A stretch of 44,526 nt of DNA, taken from positions 1-44,526 of the IMG/VR virus record IMGVR_UViG_3300030095_002546; one strand, written 5' to 3'. The DNA comes from a virus. Lineage: Duplodnaviria > Caudoviricetes. Shown here one piece after another: positions 18,176 to 27,666 of this stretch (position 1 is its first letter; every line of letters begins with the position of its first letter). The notes under the pieces were generated by a model, which ran no database searches, was not told the origin of the DNA, and was given only the letters and a program-made list of their open reading frames with translations. The translations under genes and the position numbers were made by a program.

Positions 18176-18421
18176 ATGGCAGATATAACAGCAAAGATTA
18201 ATACTAGTAGCACAGGACCTCAACAAGTTTCAGTAACGCTACCATCTGGTGCAGCTGCTGATAATTCTTCTTTACAATTAAAATTATTAGGTGATGTTGA
18301 TACGACAGATTTAAATGATGGTGCATTAATACAGTATCGTTCTTCGGATGCTAAATGGGTCGCTAGAACCGAAATAGTAACGACAACAGGAACATTAACA
18401 TTTAACGGCGGAAGTTTTTAA
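18176..18421 (+). CDS. Small fibre connector protein ending in NGGSF
   Basis: L..LGDVD...L.DGALIQY...KW fibre module and a C-terminal NGGSF. Confidence 0.65.
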   Translation: MADITAKINTSSTGPQQVSVTLPSGAAADNSSLQLKLLGDVDTTDLNDGALIQYRSSDAKWVARTEIVTTTGTLTFNGGSF

Positions 18422-18424
18422 TCT

Positions 18425-20140
18425 ATGGCAACAGTAATACAACTCAAAAGAAGTTCGGCAACTTCAGCACCTAGTACACTAAAATTAGGTGAAGCAGCTT
18501 ATACATACGGAACAGGAACACAGGCCAATAACGGTGATAGATTTTTCATTGGTACTGGTGGTGTTGACGGAAACGGTGACGCAAACTCGATTGATGTAAT
18601 CGGTGGTAAATATTTTACAGCGTTATTAGACCATGTTACCGGAACATTAACAGCAAATTCAGCAATATTAGTTGACAGCAACAAAGCTGTTGACGAGGTA
18701 ATCGTTGGTAACCACGCAAGTAATGGTGGTACTTTAAAATTAAACGAAGGTACTAACAATGGTACGGCGTTTATAGGACTTAAAGCACCTAATCAAGTTA
18801 CTTCAACAACAACATTCGTACTACCTGACGGAGATGGTTCTGCCGGCCAATTCCTTAAAACAGACGGTTCAGGTAATTTAGATTTCGCTACAGTTGACCA
18901 GATTTTAACTTTTCAAGATGACAGTAATGCTACAGAAGATTATGCTACTAACGAAATTTTTGATTTCGAAGGTGGTTCAGGTATTACAACTGCTTTATCA
19001 GCAAACAAATTAACAATATCAGCAACCAATATTACTAACTCTAACTTATCTGGTTCTGCTGCTATTTCAAACGCAAACATAGCAAATCCAAATGTTACAA
19101 TAGGTTCAACGCAAGTTAACCTAGGTGCTACGGTAACAGCATTTGCAGGTTTAACAAGTTTAGTAGTTGACGATTTAACACTTAACGGTCAAGATGTATC
19201 TACAACTGCTTCAAATAAAGATATTACTTTAACTCCTCACGGAACAGGTACAGTTACAGTTCCTAGTGGTTACGAAGATAGAAGTGGTTTTACAACTAAC
19301 TCATTAGCAAACAAAGCTTATGTTGACCAAGTTGCTCAAGGTTTAGATACTAAACCATCTTGTAGAGTTGGTACAACTGCTAACTTAACAGCAACTTATT
19401 CAAACGGAAGTTCAGGTGTAGGTGCAACTTTAACAAACTCTGGTACACAGGCAACATTATCACTTGATGGTGTTTCGCCAAGTGTTGCAGATAGGGTTTT
19501 AGTTAAAGACCAATCAACAGCTGCTCAAAACGGTATCTATGTTGTAACTAATGTAGGTTCAAACTCATCAAATTGGGTTTTAACAAGAGCAACTCCTGAA
19601 GACCAACCAGCAGAATTAACAGGTGGTTCTTTCGTATTCGTTGAAGAAGGTACTGCTAACGCCAATAACGGTTATACATTTACACACACAGGCGCTCCAA
19701 CATTTGGTTCAACTGCTTTAGATGTATCACAATTCTCTGGTGCAGGTCAAATTACAGCAGGTGCAGCTTTAAGTAAAACTGGTAACCAAATGGATGTTGA
19801 AGTAGATGATTCTTCAATTGAAGTTAGTTCAGACGCATTAAGAGTTAAAGCTTCAGGTATTACAGACGCAATGTTAGCTGGTTCAATTTCAAGTGCTAAA
19901 CTTACTGACCCATTATACTTTGCAGATGAATCATCAACACAAGGTCAAGTTAGACTTGGTCAAGTATTAGAATTTTTAGCAGGAGAAGGATTAAACACTA
20001 CTGCTACTGGTAATAAATTAACAATCGCTGGTGAATTAGCAACTACATCAAATATTGGTGTGGCTTCTTTTCATTCGGACAACTTTGCAGTTGCTTCGGG
20101 TGCAGTTACAGTTACAACGATTGATGGAGGAACATATTAA
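18425..20140 (+). CDS. Tail fibre protein
   Basis: N-terminal IQLKRS...LKLGE.AY (Mtd/hyaluronidase-N-like), LPDGDGSAGQFLKTDGSGNL, ANKAYVD, DRVLVKDQ...QNGIY and C-terminal IDGGTY. Confidence 0.85.
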   Translation: MATVIQLKRSSATSAPSTLKLGEAAYTYGTGTQANNGDRFFIGTGGVDGNGDANSIDVIGGKYFTALLDHVTGTLTANSAILVDSNKAVDEVIVGNHASNGGTLKLNEGTNNGTAFIGLKAPNQVTSTTTFVLPDGDGSAGQFLKTDGSGNLDFATVDQILTFQDDSNATEDYATNEIFDFEGGSGITTALSANKLTISATNITNSNLSGSAAISNANIANPNVTIGSTQVNLGATVTAFAGLTSLVVDDLTLNGQDVSTTASNKDITLTPHGTGTVTVPSGYEDRSGFTTNSLANKAYVDQVAQGLDTKPSCRVGTTANLTATYSNGSSGVGATLTNSGTQATLSLDGVSPSVADRVLVKDQSTAAQNGIYVVTNVGSNSSNWVLTRATPEDQPAELTGGSFVFVEEGTANANNGYTFTHTGAPTFGSTALDVSQFSGAGQITAGAALSKTGNQMDVEVDDSSIEVSSDALRVKASGITDAMLAGSISSAKLTDPLYFADESSTQGQVRLGQVLEFLAGEGLNTTATGNKLTIAGELATTSNIGVASFHSDNFAVASGAVTVTTIDGGTY

Positions 20141-20376
20141 TGTGGAGTAGAATTATAGATTTTTTTGTTAAAGGAGCCCCTGGTTTTAACTTTAAAACTT
20201 ATGCAAAAAAGAAACCATTGATGTTAAAAAAATCAATGGAAGTTAATACTAAAGACTTAAATAAAAAAACAAAAGTAGAATTAGAAAAACTAGGTAGAAA
20301 GTTAGGTATAGAATTAGATAGAAGACTGACAAAAGCTAAGTTAGTATCAAGAATTAAGAAACAATTGAAGAAGTAA
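20140..20376 (+). CDS. Small basic protein with Rho-N/HeH-like helix-extension-helix motif
   Basis: LNKKTKVELEKLGRKLGIELDRRLTKAKLV; Lys-rich, unlike the neighbouring fibre genes. Confidence 0.55.
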   Translation: MWSRIIDFFVKGAPGFNFKTYAKKKPLMLKKSMEVNTKDLNKKTKVELEKLGRKLGIELDRRLTKAKLVSRIKKQLKK

Positions 20377-20381
20377 ACTAA

Positions 20382-20801
20382 ATGGCTACAGTTCTTAAAC
20401 CTAAAAGAAGTTTCACAGCTACCTCGGTACCAGCAACAGGAGATTTGGTACAAGGTGAGATTGCAGTTAACTTTGCTGATAAGAAATTTTACGGTAAAGA
20501 TAGTAACAATGCAATCGTAGAAATTGGTGGTGCCGCTGCTATTACTTTGCAACAGGTAACTGCTAGTGGATTTGAAACTACAAACCCTATTAAATTAAAT
20601 AATAGTGATTTAGTTTTTGAAGGGACTTCCGACGCTTACGAAACATATGTAAGAGCGGTCAATCCGACTAGTGATAACACGGTATTGATACCAAATGTAT
20701 CTGGTACCATTGTTACTACTGGAAATTTAACAAACGCAACAGGTGAGGCATTATCAACAGAAGGTGATAGTCTTGCTTTTGCAATAGTATTTGGTGGATA
20801 A
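20382..20801 (+). CDS. Short tail fibre segment
   Basis: N-terminal LKPKRS...LVQGEIAVN..DKKFY, then FEG...YET...PTSDNT..IP, and C-terminal LAFAIVFGG. Confidence 0.7.
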   Translation: MATVLKPKRSFTATSVPATGDLVQGEIAVNFADKKFYGKDSNNAIVEIGGAAAITLQQVTASGFETTNPIKLNNSDLVFEGTSDAYETYVRAVNPTSDNTVLIPNVSGTIVTTGNLTNATGEALSTEGDSLAFAIVFGG

Positions 20802-20804
20802 AGA

Positions 20805-21152
20805 ATGGCAAGTGCATTTAAAAACGCAGGATTAACAGTACCAACAGTAAACGGCGCAGGTGCGAATTTGTACACGGCTGGAACGAGTGGTGGTGGAGTT
20901 ATTCATGCTTTATATGTAACTAACAAGTCAGCAGTTAATACTGCTAATGTAGATGTATTGTGTACAACAGACGGTGGCAGTACATTTAAATACTTGGCCA
21001 AGTCTGTATCAATTGCTCAAGGTGATACTCTAATGATGGATAAACCTATCAATTTAGAACAAAACGATATTATAAGAGTGGTTGCAGAAGTAAGTATGGA
21101 TTCATCAGCACCAGATGTAGAAGCATTTGCTTCTATTTTGGAAGTGAGTTAA
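20805..21152 (+). CDS. Fibre adaptor-like beta-sandwich protein (paralog of 24968-25327)
   Basis: LYT, LYVTN, YLAKSVSI..GDTL...KPINLE..D.I and ASILE motifs. Confidence 0.6.
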   Translation: MASAFKNAGLTVPTVNGAGANLYTAGTSGGGVIHALYVTNKSAVNTANVDVLCTTDGGSTFKYLAKSVSIAQGDTLMMDKPINLEQNDIIRVVAEVSMDSSAPDVEAFASILEVS

Positions 21153-21159
21153 AAAAAGG

Positions 21160-21167
21160 TATAAATA
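21160..21167 (+). promoter_or_regulatory. T4-type late promoter TATAAATA
   Basis: Exact consensus, intergenic. Confidence 0.75.
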
Positions 21168-21189
21168 GTACAAAGAGAAGGTTTTTTAT

Positions 21190-21594
21190 ATGTCATTTTT
21201 AGTAAATAAACAACAAAGCACAGCAGCTAAAACAGACAATGAAGAGTACGCTTTTCATGGTTTAAGAAAAGACGCTGACGGTTTATTGTATTATACTAAA
21301 GCACATTTCGCCGGTTCTGATAGTGTAGATTTGACAGATGGTTCAGATATTGCATTTGGTGGAATAGAAGATGTTGACGCAGGAACCAAAAACGCTTCTC
21401 AAAAAGGAACAACAGACTCGGGCATAAGTGAACATGAGAATAATGGTGGTGCGAAATATTATGATGGTTCGAGATTTGATAATAACAAATTAACATATTA
21501 CTTAAATAGTAATGGTTTTTTAGTTGCAAGATACATGAACAACTATACTTACAATGATGGTCAAGATGGCGCAACTGAAAACTGGAAAGCATAA
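21190..21594 (+). CDS. Hypothetical structural protein
   Basis: FHGLRKDADGLLYYTK and YYLNSNGFLVAR motifs; lies between fibre genes. Confidence 0.6.
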   Translation: MSFLVNKQQSTAAKTDNEEYAFHGLRKDADGLLYYTKAHFAGSDSVDLTDGSDIAFGGIEDVDAGTKNASQKGTTDSGISEHENNGGAKYYDGSRFDNNKLTYYLNSNGFLVARYMNNYTYNDGQDGATENWKA

Positions 21595-21603
21595 GGATAA
21601 CAA

Positions 21604-24600
21604 ATGGCAGATTTTGTTTTAGGTAGACTAAAATTTACATACAAAAGTAATTGGGCGACTTCGACTGCCTATATTAAAGATGACATTGTTTCGTATGGTG
21701 GTAATGCCTTTGCCTGTTTGCTCAACCATACATCAGGAACATTCGAAACAGATTTAGCAGCTAGTAAATGGAATAAATTAACAGCAGGTCAAGAATGGAA
21801 AGGCACATATGCCAATTCAACTGCTTACAAAGTAGATGACCTTGTTAAATACGGTTCAAGTGTTTACATTTGTACTTCAGCACATACTAGTTCATCAACA
21901 GTTTTAGATGTCAATAAATTCAGTTTATATGTTGGCGGTGTAGAATTTGAAGACAGTTGGTCAAACTCAACTGCTTATCAAATTGGAGATATCGTAACTT
22001 ACGGTGGTTATTCTTATATCGCCGAAGCGGCTGCAACTGGCCAAACACCATATAACAACGCAAGTTATTGGAAAGTTTTAACAACAGGTTTTAAAGTAGA
22101 GGGTACATGGGCTTCAGGAACAGTTTATGAAACTGGAGATGTTGTAAACTACGGTGGTAATGTTTATGTATTTAAAGTTACTACATCAGCAGGTCAATTA
22201 CCAACTAATACATCTTACGCTGATTTATTAGTAGAAGGTGTATCACTACAAGGTGATTATTCAGGTGGTACTGCTTACTTAATTGGTCAAACAGTAATAT
22301 ATCAAAATTCAACTTATAGAGCAAAACGAGATAACCAAAATGTTCTACCAACTGCTTTAGGTTCTGATTGGGCATTATATACCCAAGGTGACCCAGCAGG
22401 TGTTATGTCTGCTGAAGGTGATTTAATCACTAGAGACGGAACACAAGCACAAAGATTACCAATAGGTCGTGCTGGTGATAGATTAGTTGTTGGTGCAGAT
22501 GGTCTTACATTAAAATATGCTTCGCCAAATCATGGTCAACAATTATATGTAAGTGCTCAAGGTTCAGATTCAAATCCAGGTACAGAAGAATTACCTTTTG
22601 CAAGTATTAAGAAAGCTTGTCAAATGGCTACTTACAATGGTATTTCTCAAATGGGTGCAATTTCAGGTGGTACAGGCGGAACACCAGGAACATATAGAGG
22701 TGTTTCAGTAACAGGTGGTTCAAGTACAGGTACTCTTGCAGATGTAACTACAGACGGTTCATCAGCACCAATAATTACAATCGTTAAAAACGGACAAGGT
22801 TGGGCAGAAGGAAATACTGCTACAATCGCAGCCAATGTGGTTGGAAGTCCAAGTGCAGCTATCACATTTACTGTAGAAACAATTACAGGTGGTGATACTA
22901 TTAGAGTTAACGGTGGTACTTACGAAGAAACTTTCCCAATTAGAGTTCCACCTAATGTAACAATTTTCGGTGACTCTTTAAGAGGAACAAAAGTAGAACC
23001 AGCAGCTGGTAACTCAACAGAATGTTTAACTATCGGTACAGTTGGAGCTAATGACGCTTCAAGAACACCAGGAACATATACTAACATTGCAGTTACAACA
23101 GCAAGTGGTTCAGGTGTAGGTTTAAAAGCAACAGTAGTAATTGATGGTTCATCTACAATTACGGTAACACCAACTTTTGGTGGTTGTTACTTTGCAGTTG
23201 GTGATGACTTAACTATTGCAGACGGTTTATTAGGAGGTGGCGGTGGCGCTACTTTAACTATGAAAGTTGCAAGTGTTAAAGCAAACAATGTAACTTCAAT
23301 GTTCTTAACGAACAATGCAAACTACATTTCATTTATGACTATGCAAGGTATGACAACAGGTGCTAATGTAGTATCTCTTGACCCTAGTGGTGCAATTACA
23401 ACTGCTTCGCCATATATTCATAACTGTACTTCTGTTAATACAGGTACTACAGGTATAATGATTGATGGTAATGCTCAAGCGACTGGTAACAAGTCAATGA
23501 TTTCAAATGACTTTACTCAAATTAATACAGATGGTAAAGGTGTTTCAGTTGTCAATGGTGGTCGTGCTGAGTTAGTATCAGTCTTCACATACTATTGTGA
23601 TAAAGGTTTAAATACAGAATCAGGTGGTACAATTCGTGCCCTTAACTGTTCAAACGCATACGGAGAATACGGTGCTTATTCAACAGGAGTTTTAAGTGGA
23701 GAAAGTCCTGACGAAGTACAATTAAGAGGTCAACAATTTATCTATCAAGCTGCTCAAGGTACAGGTCCTGCCGGTTATACTGCTGGCGAAGGCGATACTA
23801 TGGTCGGTGGAACATCAGGTGTAACTGCTACACTTGTTAATCAAGTAAGTTCTACTAGAAAATTACAGATAGAAAGTGTATCTAACTCTCACGGATTTAT
23901 TCCTGGAGAAACAGTTACAATTACAGACTTAACAGATAGTTCAACTAAAACTTTCAAAGTTACAGAAACAGCTGCTGATATGATAGATGGTGCAACTAAA
24001 ACTATTACAGGTGTTACCGCTGCTAACCCAGGTGTCGTAACATCAAATGGTCACGGTATGCCAAACGGTACAAAAATCGTGATTTCAGGTGTTGTAGGTA
24101 TGACTGAATTAAATGGTAATACTTACTATGTTGCCAACACAGCAACTAACACATTTAGTTTATCATCAACATCAACTAGTGTAACAAATGTTAACACATC
24201 AGGTTTCACAGCATACGGTTCTGCTGGAACAATTACACCAAAACAACCATTAACAGGTCAAACAGGTTACTTATTCAATGTAGATAGTACATCAACATTG
24301 TTATCAAGTGCAACTGCTGTTAAAGTTGGTTCTAACTTCCAGTTTGCAGGTGACTCTACATACTATAGGGTTACTGCCGTATCTGAAACAGATACAACGA
24401 ACAAACAAGCTTTGATTGCAATTACGCCAGAGCGTACTGCTTCAGCGGCTGATAATACAGAAGTTGATATAACTAAAAACTTCTCGAACATTCGTTTAAC
24501 AGGACATGATTTCTTGTCAATTGGTACTGGTTCATTTGCCGACACTAATTATCCAAATAGTGTAGGTGCAACGCAACCTTATGACCAATCAAGAGAAACT

Positions 24601-24942
24601 ACTGAATTGCTAGGTGGTCGTGTGTACTACACTTCTACTGACCAACTTGGTAACTTTAGAGTTGGTTCGCAGTTTAAGATTAACCAGGCAACAGGTTCGG
24701 CAACTCTAAACGCAGATAGTTTTGACCTTTCGGGTCTAACACAATTACAACTTGGTTCTATTGGTGCTCAACTTGGTGCAACAATTAATGAGTTCAGTAC
24801 AGACGGAACACTCGGCGGAAATAGTGATACTGCCGTTCCAACTGAACAGGCCGTGAAAACTTATGTTACCACTCAAATAGGTGGTATCTCATCCGGTATA
24901 TCAATGGGTAAAGCGATTGCAGCTGCCATTGTTTTTGGATAA
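21604..24942 (+). CDS. Large multidomain tail fibre/adhesin
   Basis: N-terminal aromatic W...Y...D.V.YGG repeats (CBM5/12-like), YVS..GSDSNPGT...PFASIKKA beta-helix start, FCCH-like ITGVTAANPGVVT..HG domain, STDQLGNFRVG, AVPTEQAVKTYV and C-terminal KAIAAAIVFG. Confidence 0.85.
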   Translation: MADFVLGRLKFTYKSNWATSTAYIKDDIVSYGGNAFACLLNHTSGTFETDLAASKWNKLTAGQEWKGTYANSTAYKVDDLVKYGSSVYICTSAHTSSSTVLDVNKFSLYVGGVEFEDSWSNSTAYQIGDIVTYGGYSYIAEAAATGQTPYNNASYWKVLTTGFKVEGTWASGTVYETGDVVNYGGNVYVFKVTTSAGQLPTNTSYADLLVEGVSLQGDYSGGTAYLIGQTVIYQNSTYRAKRDNQNVLPTALGSDWALYTQGDPAGVMSAEGDLITRDGTQAQRLPIGRAGDRLVVGADGLTLKYASPNHGQQLYVSAQGSDSNPGTEELPFASIKKACQMATYNGISQMGAISGGTGGTPGTYRGVSVTGGSSTGTLADVTTDGSSAPIITIVKNGQGWAEGNTATIAANVVGSPSAAITFTVETITGGDTIRVNGGTYEETFPIRVPPNVTIFGDSLRGTKVEPAAGNSTECLTIGTVGANDASRTPGTYTNIAVTTASGSGVGLKATVVIDGSSTITVTPTFGGCYFAVGDDLTIADGLLGGGGGATLTMKVASVKANNVTSMFLTNNANYISFMTMQGMTTGANVVSLDPSGAITTASPYIHNCTSVNTGTTGIMIDGNAQATGNKSMISNDFTQINTDGKGVSVVNGGRAELVSVFTYYCDKGLNTESGGTIRALNCSNAYGEYGAYSTGVLSGESPDEVQLRGQQFIYQAAQGTGPAGYTAGEGDTMVGGTSGVTATLVNQVSSTRKLQIESVSNSHGFIPGETVTITDLTDSSTKTFKVTETAADMIDGATKTITGVTAANPGVVTSNGHGMPNGTKIVISGVVGMTELNGNTYYVANTATNTFSLSSTSTSVTNVNTSGFTAYGSAGTITPKQPLTGQTGYLFNVDSTSTLLSSATAVKVGSNFQFAGDSTYYRVTAVSETDTTNKQALIAITPERTASAADNTEVDITKNFSNIRLTGHDFLSIGTGSFADTNYPNSVGATQPYDQSRETTELLGGRVYYTSTDQLGNFRVGSQFKINQATGSATLNADSFDLSGLTQLQLGSIGAQLGATINEFSTDGTLGGNSDTAVPTEQAVKTYVTTQIGGISSGISMGKAIAAAIVFG
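21640..22380 (+). repeat. About 5 tandem ~47-aa repeats in the fibre N-terminus
   Basis: WATSTAYIKDDIVSYGG / YANSTAYKVDDLVKYGS / WSNSTAYQIGDIVTYGG / WASGTVYETGDVVNYGG / YSGGTAYLIGQTVIYQN. Confidence 0.85.
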
Positions 24943-24967
24943 ATAATTAAAAGGAGAATAGAAAAAT

Positions 24968-25327
24968 ATGTCAGCACCAAATATAGTCAATGTAGCAACG
25001 ATTACAGGTAAATCCGTTGGCGCAGCTTTGGGAACAACTACTACTACTGCTTTACTTACAAACGCTTCTTCATCAAACAAAGTGTTTAAAGTAAACTGTA
25101 TTATTGTTTCTAATATTCAAGGTACAGATACAACTACAACTATCTCGTATTATGACGGTTCAACTGATTGGAATTTAGCAAGTACAATCAATGTTCCTGG
25201 TAATACAGCTCTTGTAGTTTCTGATAAAAACTCAGCAATATATCTTGAAGAAGGCGACTCAATTCGAGGTGGAGCTTCAACAGCTTCAAGACTTGAAGCG
25301 GTTATTTCTTACGAAGAATTATCTTAA
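24968..25327 (+). CDS. Fibre adaptor-like beta-sandwich protein (paralog of 20805-21152)
   Basis: SD AAGGAG; PNIVNV.TI.GK, IIVSNI, LAST.NVP....L...K...IYLEEGDSI and ISYEE. Confidence 0.65.
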   Translation: MSAPNIVNVATITGKSVGAALGTTTTTALLTNASSSNKVFKVNCIIVSNIQGTDTTTTISYYDGSTDWNLASTINVPGNTALVVSDKNSAIYLEEGDSIRGGASTASRLEAVISYEELS

Positions 25328-25365
25328 TCGTAATTAACAGTTTTTTTTAACAGGAGTTTTAGCTA

Positions 25366-26748
25366 ATGAGTTTACCAGGTCCAATTTTCGGAAGAGCGCA
25401 AGGTAGGAGGAATAATAGGTCCTTAATAGGAGTTACAACACCTCATACTAATAGCACAGATGTATTCGAAGGAAATTATAATCCTTTCGGACAGTCTGGC
25501 GCCTATGATGGTAAAGCTCAAATAGGTATAACTACTTTAACTCAACACCATTCAGATTCAATGAGGGCAAAATATCGTCCTCTTACAAGTTATTGTGATA
25601 CTGCCGGTCCAACAGGTAACTGGTCAAGTGATGAAAGATTTGGTGGTGGTGCAACAGGTCAGGCCAAAGGTTCTGTACCTAATGTTTCAGGTTTATATAC
25701 AAGACCAGGAACATCTACAAGAACATATCCACAATCATCATGGCCCCCAGTTTATCATAAAAGAAGTGTTGGCGATAATGATACCGTTAATGAATACATG
25801 GCTCAAATGCAAGGTTGGTACGGTGGAGGTCAACAAGGTTATAAAGATAGAACAGGTACAGCTTCTTGGTGGATGTTCAGACAAATTATTAATGTATGTT
25901 ATACTTTCGGAGGATATAAAGATGGTTCTCCTTGGAAAGCAGTTCATAGAACATACTCACATAACGACCAAACTGCCAATCTAGGTGATAACATGGATTA
26001 TGCTGGTTCTTATACTTCTGGTGGTTGTAATACTACAACATATTTTCTATTCTCTACACCAACTGATAACGCTCACTCAACATCTTCAACAAGAACAAGT
26101 GCGTTTCATATGTATTCTGAAACTAGTAAATCACACAATAGTGTATTTGATATGTACAACTCTCGTATGGATTTAGGTGCAGTACAAAAAGAACAAGAGT
26201 TCATATATCTTTTTGGTGGTGGACCAGGTTCTTCAAATACAGATAAATTTTGTTTAACTACAGAATGCCGAGTTTCTAACTTGAGCTCTGGAGGTTTAAC
26301 AACGCAGGCAGGTGGATTTTTCAGTAAAGATAATGGTTACGGCTGGGATAACAGTAATGGAAGAAAAATAAACTTCTACAACGATACTTCAGCGTCATTC
26401 AGTCATCAAGGTAACCATGGTCAACAAAAAGGTATTCCTTCAAAACAACAACAAGGTTATGCTGGTAATGAGGGAACATATAACGGTGGTTATAACTATC
26501 GTAGATGGAATTTAAGTAACGATACACAAAACGGTACTGTCGGTAAACCAAGACAAAACATGGGTGAAGAAAATTACTCACTAGGTCAAGATTGGCAATA
26601 CATGATAGGAGAATATAATGGTGGTGGCCAGAATAATGGTTGTCATAAATTCTATTATCAAACAGATACAGGTACTGCTGACCCAAGTGGTTTGGCGCCT
26701 ACGGCTCACGCAGGACAAAGTTCAGGTCATTGCGGCTGGAGAACATAA
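25366..26748 (+). CDS. Putative fibre-tip protein with Kelch-like beta-propeller repeats
   Basis: Gly/aromatic blades CYTFGGY, IYLFGGG, GYGWD, GYAGNEG and YMIGEYNGG; SD AGGAG. Confidence 0.6.
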   Translation: MSLPGPIFGRAQGRRNNRSLIGVTTPHTNSTDVFEGNYNPFGQSGAYDGKAQIGITTLTQHHSDSMRAKYRPLTSYCDTAGPTGNWSSDERFGGGATGQAKGSVPNVSGLYTRPGTSTRTYPQSSWPPVYHKRSVGDNDTVNEYMAQMQGWYGGGQQGYKDRTGTASWWMFRQIINVCYTFGGYKDGSPWKAVHRTYSHNDQTANLGDNMDYAGSYTSGGCNTTTYFLFSTPTDNAHSTSSTRTSAFHMYSETSKSHNSVFDMYNSRMDLGAVQKEQEFIYLFGGGPGSSNTDKFCLTTECRVSNLSSGGLTTQAGGFFSKDNGYGWDNSNGRKINFYNDTSASFSHQGNHGQQKGIPSKQQQGYAGNEGTYNGGYNYRRWNLSNDTQNGTVGKPRQNMGEENYSLGQDWQYMIGEYNGGGQNNGCHKFYYQTDTGTADPSGLAPTAHAGQSSGHCGWRT

Positions 26749-26791
26749 TAACAACTCAACTAAATAATATTATATTATGAAGGAGAAAAAA

Positions 26792-27664
26792 ATGAAAATG
26801 ACTGAAAATGAGGTGATTGCTTTCGCCCACGACAAAGCTGTAAGTTCATCAAATCCATATTTTAAGATTAAGCATTTCCAAGGTAAGTCTATGTTGACGC
26901 CTTATCATATGCTTAAACAAATGTTTCTGGAAATGAGAAACAAAGAAGATTCATTTAGACATATTAGTTGGTCTAAACAGAAAAAAGCAATTGAATTAGC
27001 TAGAGAAAAAGCAAAACTTGAAGCAACTGATTCAAAGTATGAACAAGAATATATTAGAGTAGATATTTTAAATATTGAAAAAGATTTAAAACTTTTTGAC
27101 CAAAATGAAAAGGCTGCTTTAAAAGAAAAAGATAGAATTGTAGAAGTGATTAATGAGGTACTTGAAGGTCCAGAAGGCAAGTTACCAGACGGCAGACCTT
27201 TAACAGCTGCATTTGGTGATGAAGAGTTAGAAAGACAATTTGAACAAGAATATTGGACAGTTCGATTAGCTAAACAAGCTGCTACAGAAATGATGGCATA
27301 TGGTAGAATTGGTACAGGTAATTTAGATTCTATCGCAATGTTACCTCCTCCTCAACAAGACGAGGTCTTGAAACTTGCTACAGATGTTACAACTAAAATG
27401 ACAGGCAAGATGATAGAGTATAGTGAGGAATCATATAACCAGTTGAGACTTGGTCACTTTGACCCAATCAATGAAAAAAGGTTGAAACATCTAGGTGTTC
27501 CAGAGTCTTTAACAGAAGAGAAATTAAAATTGACAATACAAGGGGCAAATAAACAAGAAAAAGAGTTCCAAGAGAATAACTCCATTATAAATAGTAAGTA
27601 TAAGGATGTTAAAGAGGCTACTAAACCAGAGCCCTTGGTATACAAAACCGAAGATAAGGAATAA
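26792..27664 (+). CDS. Hypothetical alpha-helical/coiled-coil protein
   Basis: Start revised to ATG 26792 (SD AAGGAG at 26780-26785). TPYHMLKQ..LE and EYW..RLAKQA..EM..YGRIGTGNLDSI motifs; CTAAATA box at 26760-26766. Confidence 0.65.
   Translation: MKMTENEVIAFAHDKAVSSSNPYFKIKHFQGKSMLTPYHMLKQMFLEMRNKEDSFRHISWSKQKKAIELAREKAKLEATDSKYEQEYIRVDILNIEKDLKLFDQNEKAALKEKDRIVEVINEVLEGPEGKLPDGRPLTAAFGDEELERQFEQEYWTVRLAKQAATEMMAYGRIGTGNLDSIAMLPPPQQDEVLKLATDVTTKMTGKMIEYSEESYNQLRLGHFDPINEKRLKHLGVPESLTEEKLKLTIQGANKQEKEFQENNSIINSKYKDVKEATKPEPLVYKTEDKE
27586..27593 (+). promoter_or_regulatory. Possible late promoter TATAAATA
   Basis: Exact consensus in the 3' end of the upstream gene, about 75 nt before ATG 27667. 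Confidence 0.45.
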
Positions 27665-27666
27665 AA

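Noticed and set aside
21640-22380. Periodic repeats as a CRISPR array or non-coding repeat
   Set aside because: They are degenerate in-frame protein repeats with no identical DNA repeat-spacer structure.
18425-26748. Diversity-generating retroelement suggested by Mtd-N-like domains
   Set aside because: No reverse transcriptase and no template/variable repeat pair differing at adenines was seen.
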